From positions 13,709-77,708 of the forward strand of contig UQVP01000002.1 in NCBI GenBank assembly GCA_900544605.1: a stretch of DNA of 64,000 bases. The letters are read 5' to 3'. The stretch comes from an uncultured Mycoplasmatota bacterium. Its GTDB lineage: Bacteria > Bacillota_I > Bacilli_A > RF39 > UBA660. The notes beneath the pieces were generated by a model. That model did not search any database and was not told where the DNA came from. It saw nothing but the letters and a program-made list of their open reading frames with translations. The first letter of the stretch is position 1; every line of letters begins with the position of its first letter. The position numbers and the translations under genes are program-made. Below are positions 20,955 through 28,695 of this stretch, one piece after another.

Positions 20955-21506
20955 ATGAATGTTTATGATTTCGATAAAACTATTTATAGAGGAGATAGTA
21001 GTATAGATTTTATTTTATATTTAACTAAAAAACATCCATCATTATTAAAATACTATCCAAAAATTTTTTATACATTTATTAAATATAAGTTAAAAAAGTG
21101 CCCTAAAATTGAGTTTAAAAGTAGTTTTTTTATGATGATTAAGGATATAAATTTAAAAAAAGAAATTAATTTATTTTGGAATGAAAATATTAATAAAATT
21201 AAACCATGGTATTTAGAAAATAAGAAAGCAAGTGATTTAATTATTTCAGCTTCTCCATTGTTTTTAGTAACAAAAGCATGTGAAATATTAAATGTTAAAT
21301 GCATTGCTTCAGAAGTTGATGAAAGAACTGGTAAATATATTAATAACTTCTATGGTGAAGAAAAAGTAAAACAATTTAAGAAAATATATCAAAATAAGCA
21401 GATAAACAAATTCTATTCTGATTCTGTAAGTGATATATATTTAGCCAAAATAGCAAAACAAAGTTATTTAGTAAAAGGAAATAAAATTAGAAAGTGGGAG
21501 ATATAA
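20955..21506 (+). CDS. HAD-superfamily (subfamily IB-like) phosphatase
   Basis: The N-terminal VYDFDKTIY matches HAD motif I (DxDxT). ATG 20955 follows a GAGGT ribosome-binding site. The 5' part of the track ORF overlaps the previous gene. Confidence 0.6.
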   Translation: MNVYDFDKTIYRGDSSIDFILYLTKKHPSLLKYYPKIFYTFIKYKLKKCPKIEFKSSFFMMIKDINLKKEINLFWNENINKIKPWYLENKKASDLIISASPLFLVTKACEILNVKCIASEVDERTGKYINNFYGEEKVKQFKKIYQNKQINKFYSDSVSDIYLAKIAKQSYLVKGNKIRKWEI

Positions 21507-21507
21507 G

Positions 21508-22353
21508 ATGAAAGAATATATTAAATTAATGCGACCAAAGCATTATATAAAGAATTTATTAATTTTTATTCCACTAATTTTCAGTTCAAATTTATTTAAT
21601 TTATCTATTTTAAAAAATAATATATTAGGTTTTGTTTGCTTTTCTTTATTAGCTTCAATTGTTTATATAATTAATGATATCAATGATTGTGAAAGCGATA
21701 AAAAGCATCCTATAAAGAAAAATAGACCAATAGCAGCAGGAAAAGTATCAAAAACGCAAGCTGTCATTTTAGCAATATTTTTAATTTTAATTATTGTATC
21801 GATTTATCTTTTAGGAAGAATAAATATAATTTCAAGTATACTTTTAGTATTATATTTGTTGTTGAATATCTTGTATTCGTTAGGATTAAAAAATATTCCG
21901 ATTTTAGATGTTTTAATACTAGTTAGTGGCTTTGTTATTAGAGTTATATATGGTTCTTTAATAACTAATGTTATTACTTCAAATTGGTTATATTTAACAA
22001 TTATTTCATTTTCATTTTATCTTGGCTTTGGAAAAAGAAGAAATGAAATTTTAAAGAATAAATCAAATAGTAGAAAAGTATTAATGTATTACAACAAAGA
22101 TTTTTTAGATAAAGTTATGTATATGTTTTTAGGTTTATTTATTGCATTTTATTCTCTATGGTCAATTAGTGTTTCATCACCATATATGATTTATACAATA
22201 TTTTGGGTAATTACAATTTCTCTTAAGTATTCTTTGGACATAGAAGGGGAATCCTTTGGCGATCCTGTTGATGTCTTGACGAATGATAAAACTTTAATAG
22301 TACTATGTGGTCTTTATGGACTAACCATATTTGCACTACTATATATATTATGA
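21508..22353 (+). CDS. UbiA-family prenyltransferase, decaprenyl-phosphate phosphoribosyltransferase-like
   Basis: NDINDCESDKKHPIKKNRPIAAG resembles the DPPR-synthase (Rv3806c-type) signature ND..D...D..HP.K..RPIAAG. 8-9 TM helices. Confidence 0.7.
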   Translation: MKEYIKLMRPKHYIKNLLIFIPLIFSSNLFNLSILKNNILGFVCFSLLASIVYIINDINDCESDKKHPIKKNRPIAAGKVSKTQAVILAIFLILIIVSIYLLGRINIISSILLVLYLLLNILYSLGLKNIPILDVLILVSGFVIRVIYGSLITNVITSNWLYLTIISFSFYLGFGKRRNEILKNKSNSRKVLMYYNKDFLDKVMYMFLGLFIAFYSLWSISVSSPYMIYTIFWVITISLKYSLDIEGESFGDPVDVLTNDKTLIVLCGLYGLTIFALLYIL

Positions 22354-22647
22354 TTAACAGTTTAAACAAATAATAAAACTCTAAAAAAAGATTAAAAATT
22401 TGCGGAAAATTATATAATTTAATTGGTGATAAAAAAATGAAATTTTTAAAGAAAATGATATTAAAACCTTTAAGATGGATATTTCATAAAATAGAGAAAA
22501 AAATCCCGATGGACTGGGGATCAGATGATAATATGTTGTAGAAGAACTAGACATTTTACTATATTTATGGTACATTAATTACGCGTAAGTGATTATGTTA
22601 TGCATTTATGCATATAATAACACTGCTACTTGTAGTAATAAAAAGCT

Positions 22648-22715
22648 AGTGATTCACACTATAAGAGGAACTTAAAAAAGAAGTGATTCCGGCTATAACA
22701 GGAACTTAAAAAAGA
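22648..22715 (+). repeat. Two tandem 34-nt direct repeats (30/34 identical)
   Basis: AGTGATTCACACTATAAGAGGAACTTAAAAAAGA followed by AGTGATTCCGGCTATAACAGGAACTTAAAAAAGA. Confidence 0.8.
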
Positions 22716-22745
22716 AACTAGAAAGCAAACTCTAGTTTTATTTTT
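22716..22745 (+). terminator. Rho-independent terminator immediately after the 34-nt repeats
   Basis: AACTAGA-AAGCAAAC-TCTAGTT hairpin followed by TTTATTTTT. Confidence 0.65.
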
Positions 22746-22846
22746 ATGATAGAAAATTTTCAGTAAAATTTAAAAAGTATTGATAAACTTTTGCTCGTTT
22801 TGATACAATTATTATTATAAAGCAACAATTTTATGTTATGATGATT

Positions 22847-23524
22847 TTAATCTATATCTATAGAAACATCATTAGCTTGTTTTTTTAACCATTTTTTTAT
22901 ACATTTTCTTAGTTCTAAGTTATTTTCAAGAAAATTATTTAATGTGTTATTATCTGATATTTTAACTAAACAATCATCTTTTTCTTTTGGTAATATATTA
23001 AGTACAATAAACTCTGAGTCTTTTATTTGTTCTAAAGTATAAGTCTTCATAATCTGAGGTAGTTTTAAAAATTCACTTTTTGTTTTTATTTCTTTTGGTA
23101 GCCAATTTGAATCAAGAAATTTATTAATTTCATGATAAAAATCAAAATATGATTTTAGGGAGTAATATAAAGGTGCATTATAATTTATTATAGCTTCATT
23201 AGCATTTATTTTATTTTTGAAACTCATTATGCCAAAAGCATATGATTCTGCTTTTTGATCTTTGTTTCTAAAAAAATTGAATGTGAATTTTGCTGAATTT
23301 AAAAATTCTAAATATTCTATTACAATATTTATGTTTTTATCAATAATTTTGCTTCCTGCATTATATTTATCAAATAGTGAGATTGTAACTATTAATGTTG
23401 CAAATGTACAAATAAAAGAAGAAATAGAAATTAAATTGTCTAATTTCTCAGTGTTTAGATGATTATAAGAAACTATTAGTAATAAGCATAATATAAGTAA
23501 TAAGACAAAAATTGTTTTTTTCAT
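22847..23524 (-). CDS. Hypothetical membrane-anchored protein
   Basis: 225 aa with two N-terminal hydrophobic helices. Ribosome-binding site GGAAGTGAG. No family recognised. Confidence 0.5.
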   Translation of the reverse strand: MKKTIFVLLLILCLLLIVSYNHLNTEKLDNLISISSFICTFATLIVTISLFDKYNAGSKIIDKNINIVIEYLEFLNSAKFTFNFFRNKDQKAESYAFGIMSFKNKINANEAIINYNAPLYYSLKSYFDFYHEINKFLDSNWLPKEIKTKSEFLKLPQIMKTYTLEQIKDSEFIVLNILPKEKDDCLVKISDNNTLNNFLENNLELRKCIKKWLKKQANDVSIDID

Positions 23525-23643
23525 ATTCTCACTTCCGTTTAAATTATAACAAATAAAAAATGTATTGTCAGTTTTTTATAAAATTTTTGTAAAAAACAAT
23601 AAATATTCAAAATTATATTCATATAATATAGTGACACATCAAT

Positions 23644-23672
23644 TTGACAAAAGTGTAAAAAAATGTTAATAT
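23644..23672 (+). promoter_or_regulatory. Sigma-A-type promoter for the large non-coding RNA
   Basis: TTGACA (23644-23649), a 17-nt spacer ending in TGT, then TAATAT (23667-23672). Confidence 0.5.
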
Positions 23673-23679
23673 TATGGTG

Positions 23680-24305
23680 TGTTGTGAAAAAATGGCACAT
23701 TATTCTAGTCGATGGACTTACTATGAAGGTGGGGCTAAAAATCCACTAAAGAGCACATCTGTGAAACTTCTGGTGTTTGCTTCTTACGCCCAGTCTGGGG
23801 TGGATGCTGGAAGGTAGAATATTGGGCGCTCGTAATGGCATACGATTCCGACCCAGTATTCATGGAGACCTATTTTTGTGTAATACCTATACACTATTAG
23901 TTGATGGATATTATACGAACTAGGCTTGAACCTACTATGTGGGGAAACTTACGAGTAGTGTAGCTTGTCTTGCGTGATGGTGGGGAATAATTGATCTGAA
24001 TAAATAATTTATAGCTAAAATTATTTATTATTGCAATTTGAAACTACTGTTGCAAAAAAGAATTAATAGTAACGAAGTTGTTGAGGAAATCTCCTAGAAT
24101 GTATTATTATAATGGGATTGCAGTGCGTACTAAGTGGCAATCAAGTCGTATATTCGGTGACGATATACCTCTTCTTTAAAGGGAAACCGCTATCCTGGTA
24201 ACGGGAAGTACGAAATGGGGAAATCCAACTTGACCTATGACGCAAAGTTAACTATTGTAGTAGCCATTTTTAAATTTTTAAGGGATAAGATATATCCTTT
24301 TTTAT
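23680..24305 (+). ncRNA. ole: Large (~620 nt) structured non-coding RNA, best hypothesis OLE RNA
   Basis: No ORF of 60 aa or more in any frame. G+C is strongly enriched relative to the flanks. Many local helices are present. A promoter lies at the 5' edge and a weak terminator at the 3' edge. A 4-TM OapA-like gene follows directly. Confidence 0.6.
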
Positions 24306-24325
24306 TTTATAGTTAGAGGAGAATT

Positions 24326-24877
24326 ATGAAAAAGAAAATAAACAAAAAGAAAAGTAATACAGATTATAATTGGGTTATAAAAATAACAGTAGCAGCATTT
24401 ACAATATCACTTGTATTTTCCTTTATTTCTGAAAAAATATTACCAAATGCTAATTTGATAATGGGAATTATTTTAGTTTTAGTATTTATTATAATTGGTG
24501 TTATATTTGATATGATAGGTGTTGCTGTTACGGCATCTGACGAAAAACAATTTCATTCAATGAGTTCTAGAAAAGTTAAAGGGGCTAAAACAGCGGTATT
24601 ATTAAAAAAGAATGCTGAAAAAATGTCATCATTTTGTAATGATGTTATTGGTGATATATGTGGAATTATATCTGGTTCTGCAGGTGTTGTCATTGCATCT
24701 AAATTAGCATCCATATTAAATGTTAATACATTTTTAGTATCTCTTATAGTTACAGCTTTAATAGCAGCTGCAACAATAGGTGGTAAAGCTTTAGGAAAAG
24801 GTGTAGCTATATCAAAAAGTAATGATATATTATTTATGTTTTCTAAAGTCATTGCATTTTTAAAAAAAGAAAAGTAG
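24326..24877 (+). CDS. oapA: Small four-TM membrane protein, OapA-like (OLE-associated protein A candidate)
   Basis: 183 aa (~20 kDa) with four hydrophobic helices and a basic N-terminus and central loop. It lies immediately 3' of the large RNA. Ribosome-binding site GAGGAG. Confidence 0.5.
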   Translation: MKKKINKKKSNTDYNWVIKITVAAFTISLVFSFISEKILPNANLIMGIILVLVFIIIGVIFDMIGVAVTASDEKQFHSMSSRKVKGAKTAVLLKKNAEKMSSFCNDVIGDICGIISGSAGVVIASKLASILNVNTFLVSLIVTALIAAATIGGKALGKGVAISKSNDILFMFSKVIAFLKKEK

Positions 24878-24907
24878 TTGACAAGTAATTTATAAAAATT
24901 ATATAAT
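24878..24907 (+). promoter_or_regulatory. Promoter of rubrerythrin gene with a possible Fur/PerR-type box in the spacer
   Basis: TTGACA 24878-24883, a 17-18 nt spacer, then (A)TATAAT 24901-24907. The spacer TTATAAAAATTATAT resembles the PerR box TTATAATNATTATAA. Confidence 0.4.
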
Positions 24908-24949
24908 TATCATGTAAGTAGTATAACTACTAAGGTAAGGAGGATTAAA

Positions 24950-25492
24950 ATGGAATTAAAAGGAAGTAAAACAGAACAAAATTTAATGGCTGCTTTTGCA
25001 GGAGAAAGTCAAGCTCGTAATAAATATACTTATTATGCATCACGAGCTAAAAAAGATGGTTATGAACAAATAGCTGGTATTTTTGAGGAAACTGCTAATA
25101 ATGAAAAGGAACATGCTAAAATGTGGTTTAAATTATTACATGATGGAGCAGTTCCAGATACTATTACTAATTTAAAAGATGCTGCAGCAGGAGAAAACTA
25201 TGAATGGACAGATATGTATGCAGAGTTTGCTAAAACAGCTCGTGAAGAAGGATTTGATCATGTTGCGTACTTATTTGAAGAAGTAGGTAAAATTGAGAAA
25301 GAACATGAAGCACGTTATAATGCTTTAATAGCTAATATTGAAGGCGGTAAAGTATTTACAAAAGATACACCTAAAATGTGGATTTGTCGTAACTGTGGAC
25401 ATGTTCATTATGGTGAAAAAGCTCCAGAGGTATGTCCGGTTTGTGCTCATCCTCAAAGCTATTTTGAAGTTAAATGTGAAAGCTATAAATAA
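24950..25492 (+). CDS. rbr: Rubrerythrin
   Basis: Ferritin-like diiron motifs ([24 protein letters not shown]) plus a C-terminal rubredoxin CRNCGH...CPVCAHP. Confidence 0.92.
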   Translation: MELKGSKTEQNLMAAFAGESQARNKYTYYASRAKKDGYEQIAGIFEETANNEKEHAKMWFKLLHDGAVPDTITNLKDAAAGENYEWTDMYAEFAKTAREEGFDHVAYLFEEVGKIEKEHEARYNALIANIEGGKVFTKDTPKMWICRNCGHVHYGEKAPEVCPVCAHPQSYFEVKCESYK

Positions 25493-25585
25493 TTTTTATA
25501 GCTTTTTTGTGTAAAGTAGATGAAAAAATGGCATTTTATGTTAGAACTTATCATATTTTTGATATAATGAATGTAGGTGATATAA

Positions 25586-26788
25586 ATGGACAAAAGAATT
25601 AAAGAAGCCTTAGAAAAAGAAAAAATACGACAAAAAAATAATATAGAATTAATTGCAAGTGAAAATTATGTGTCTGATGATGTGTTAGCTTTACAGGGAA
25701 GTATATTTACAAATAAATATGCGGAAGGGTATCCAGGTCGTAGATATTATGGTGGTTGTGTTAATGTTGATACAGTAGAAAATTTAGCTATTGAATATGC
25801 ATGTAAGTTATTTGATGCTAAGTATGCTAATGTACAACCACATAGTGGTAGTAGTGCTAATATGGCAATTTATAAAGCATTACTTACTCCAGGAGATAAA
25901 GTTCTTGCTATGAATTTAGATCAGGGAGGTCACTTAACGCATGGTCATTCTATTAACTTTAGTGGTATAGAATATAGCCCTATATTTTATCCAGTTGATG
26001 AAGAAACTAACTTAATAAATTATGATGTAGTAAAAGAAATAGCACTTAAAGAAAAGCCTAAGATGATTATTGCAGGTGCTAGTGCTTATTCACGTTTTAT
26101 TGATTTTAAAAAGTTTAGAGAAATAGCTGATTTATGTGGAGCATATTTAATGGTAGATATGGCTCATATTGCTGGACTTGTTGCTGCTGGTCTTCATCAA
26201 AATCCCGTAATGTATGCAGATGTAGTAACATCTACTACACATAAAACATTAAGAGGACCACGTGGTGGGCTTATTTTAACTAATAACGAAGATATAATTA
26301 AAAAAATTAATAAAATAATCTTCCCTGGTATACAAGGTGGACCTTTGATGCATGTAATTGCAGCTAAAGCAGAATGTTTCTATGAAGCATTGCAACCTGA
26401 ATTTAAAGATTACGCTAAACAAATAATTTTAAATAGTAAAGCAATGTGTAATGAGTTTAAAAAATTGGGAGTTAAAATAATTACTGGTGATACAGATAAT
26501 CATTTAATGCTAATTGATGTTAAGTCATCATTTGGCTTAACTGGTAAGGAAGCTGAGAAAATTCTTGATGAAATAAATATTACAGTAAATAAAAATACTA
26601 TTCCTTATGATTACGAATCACCAATGGTAACAAGTGGTATTAGAGTGGGAACTCCTGCTATGACAACACGTGGTTTTAAAGAAAAAGATTTTGTTAAAGT
26701 TGCAGATATTATATATAGTGCACTAAAAGAAAATGAAAATAAAGAAATATTAAAAGAAGAAGTACTGAAATTAACAAGTGCTTTATAG
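25586..26788 (+). CDS. glyA: Serine hydroxymethyltransferase
   Basis: [24 protein letters not shown], and [14 protein letters not shown] (PLP-binding lysine motif). Confidence 0.95.
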   Translation: MDKRIKEALEKEKIRQKNNIELIASENYVSDDVLALQGSIFTNKYAEGYPGRRYYGGCVNVDTVENLAIEYACKLFDAKYANVQPHSGSSANMAIYKALLTPGDKVLAMNLDQGGHLTHGHSINFSGIEYSPIFYPVDEETNLINYDVVKEIALKEKPKMIIAGASAYSRFIDFKKFREIADLCGAYLMVDMAHIAGLVAAGLHQNPVMYADVVTSTTHKTLRGPRGGLILTNNEDIIKKINKIIFPGIQGGPLMHVIAAKAECFYEALQPEFKDYAKQIILNSKAMCNEFKKLGVKIITGDTDNHLMLIDVKSSFGLTGKEAEKILDEINITVNKNTIPYDYESPMVTSGIRVGTPAMTTRGFKEKDFVKVADIIYSALKENENKEILKEEVLKLTSAL

Positions 26789-26800
26789 ATTGGGGTAAAT

Positions 26801-27637
26801 ATGATAATAAATGGAAAAGAGATAAGTGAAAAAATAAGAGAAGAATTAAAAGCTGAAGTAAAAACGTATATGATTAAACCTTGTTTAGCAGTTATTCAAA
26901 TAGGAAATGATCCAGCTAGCGATGTTTATATTAAAGCAAAAGAAAAAGCATGTGGTGAGGTTGGAATCTATTTTAAGCATATTAAATTTGAGGAAACAGC
27001 TCGTGAAATTGAAGTTATAAATAAAATCCTTGAATTAAATAATGATGAGTATGTAAATGGTATATTACTTCAACTTCCACTTCCAGAAAAATTCAATACT
27101 GAAAAACTAATTAATTATATAGCTCGTAATAAAGATGTGGATGGTTTAACTGATATTAATGTTGGTAAATTAGTTAATAAAAAGAAATGTTTAGTTTCTT
27201 GTACCCCACAAGGTATTATGGAGCTTTTAAAACAATATGAAATTGAAGTAAGTGGTAAGAATGTTGTTATTGTTGGTAGAAGTAATTTAGTAGGTAAACC
27301 ACTAATTAGTTTATTTTTGAACAGTGATGCAACGGTAACTGTTTGTCATTCAAAAACTAATAATTTGAAAGATTTTACATCTAAAGCTGATATTTTAGTA
27401 GTAGCTGTTGGTCATAAACATTTAATTACTGAAGATATGGTAAAAGAAGGAGCTACAGTAATTGATGTTGGAATTAACCGTGAAGATGGTAAATTATATG
27501 GTGATGTTGATTTTGATAATGTAAAAGATAAAGTAGCGTATATTACTCCAGTTCCTGGAGGCGTAGGCCCTATGACAGTTGCGATGTTACTTAAAAATGT
27601 AAATGATACATATAAAAGAATGATTGCTAGTAAATAA
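26801..27637 (+). CDS. folD: Bifunctional methylenetetrahydrofolate dehydrogenase/cyclohydrolase
   Basis: LAVIQIGNDPASDVYIKAK, GILLQLPLP, VVIVGRSNLVGKP, TPVPGGVGPMTVAML. Confidence 0.95.
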   Translation: MIINGKEISEKIREELKAEVKTYMIKPCLAVIQIGNDPASDVYIKAKEKACGEVGIYFKHIKFEETAREIEVINKILELNNDEYVNGILLQLPLPEKFNTEKLINYIARNKDVDGLTDINVGKLVNKKKCLVSCTPQGIMELLKQYEIEVSGKNVVIVGRSNLVGKPLISLFLNSDATVTVCHSKTNNLKDFTSKADILVVAVGHKHLITEDMVKEGATVIDVGINREDGKLYGDVDFDNVKDKVAYITPVPGGVGPMTVAMLLKNVNDTYKRMIASK

Positions 27638-27715
27638 TACTAGCAATTTTATTTTTGGTGAAATAAAAAAATATGATATGCTATTTATAGTGAAAGATAG
27701 AAATGGAGACTATAT

Positions 27716-28039
27716 ATGGGAAAGAAATATAAAAAAGATACTTTTTTTGATGCTAATGGACAACTAAGAATGACAGGAGATCAGTATTATGATGCTAAGG
27801 GTATTTTAAGACAACCTGGGGACCAATACTATGATGAATCGGGCCAACTTAGAACTCCGATAGAAGAAAAAGAAGAGGATTTTGCTTTAAATAATTCAAT
27901 AAATAATATTCAGATGCCTAGCAATAGTCAAAATAAATATCCATCTGGAAGTTCTGGAATGTCTGATAAACCCATTACTTTAGGGAAAATTTTAGCTAGA
28001 AACTGTCATCAACAATACCATTATTCATTTATTTTTTAA
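27716..28039 (+). CDS. Hypothetical repeat protein (G-x-LR-x-PGDQYYD repeats), possibly truncated by a frameshift at a T-run
   Basis: Contains DANGQLRMTGDQYYDAKGILRQPGDQYYDESGQLRTP. The stop overlaps T6 (28032-28037). Another frame, open 28000..28173, encodes a TM anchor. Confidence 0.45.
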   Translation: MGKKYKKDTFFDANGQLRMTGDQYYDAKGILRQPGDQYYDESGQLRTPIEEKEEDFALNNSINNIQMPSNSQNKYPSGSSGMSDKPITLGKILARNCHQQYHYSFIF

Positions 28040-28304
28040 TATTAACAAAATTTAATTCCAACTCTGACTTGCTAGCAGCAACTTTTATATTTAGTATTGC
28101 TATTAGTTTAGTAGTTTCTTATGTATCATTATTTATTACAAAAATGTATAGAAAAAAGTATAATAGGGGTTAAACTAGTTTATAAAAAAGTAAGCAGTAG
28201 TAATTTTGAAATAAATGCCATTATTATTTTTTAAACGAAATTTTAAATTTAGTATTGTCAATTAAAAATATTTATGATATTATTATATTGTTTACTTAAT
28301 TTAT

Positions 28305-28381
28305 AGCGATGTAGCTCAGCTGGCTAGAGCGTTCGGTTCATACCCGAAAGGTCGTGGGTTCGATCCCCTCCATCGCTACCA
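28305..28381 (+). tRNA. tRNA with CAT anticodon (elongator Met or lysidine-modified Ile2), CCA encoded
   Basis: The cloverleaf folds by hand: acceptor AGCGATG/CATCGCT, D-arm GCTC/GAGC, anticodon stem TTCGG/CCGAA with loop TTCATAC, and T-arm GTGGG/CCCTC (one U-U mismatch) with a TTCGATC loop. Confidence 0.9.
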
Positions 28382-28425
28382 TTTAGATATAACTAACTAA
28401 TTCATAAACGAATTAGTTTTTTTGT
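28377..28425 (+). repeat. Direct repeat copy 1 (tRNA 3' end plus its terminator hairpin)
   Basis: TACCATTTAGATATAACTA(ACTA)ATTC-ATAAAC-GAATTAGTTTTTTTGT. It recurs at 30438-30482. Confidence 0.85.
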
Positions 28426-28695
28426 CATTAAAAGCTATCCTAAAAAAGATGATTTTGAAAGATAAATTTTACCCAATTTAGCAAAATGTATTAAAAACAA
28501 TATGAAAATGTGTTATAATATTTGACAAGTAAAGAGATAAAAATGTGTATATTTATTAGAAGAAAAAAATAGATAATTAGAACAAGCAGAAATAAAGAAA
28601 TTAATAAAAACACAAAATAAATAATTCAATAAGGGCTAGTAATGACTTATTATAATTATAAGGATGCTATGCTCTTTTTAGTAGGAGGAATAAAA

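Noticed and set aside
22381-22575. The 64-aa minus-strand ORF in the 22.4-22.8 kb spacer.
   Set aside because: It has no ribosome-binding site and a low-complexity translation. It overlaps the better-supported plus-strand small ORF and RNA-like elements.
23680-24305. The large non-coding region as RNase P RNA, tmRNA, SRP RNA, a T-box/riboswitch leader or a group II intron.
   Set aside because: No GAGGAAAGUCC-type RNase P core was found; only a loose GAGGAAATCTCC occurs at 24083. There is no tRNA-like GGTTCGA...CCA end or tag ORF for tmRNA. No intron domain V or reverse-transcriptase ORF is present. About 620 nt is too long for these RNAs or for a riboswitch. The OLE-like hypothesis fits the length and the downstream 4-TM gene better.
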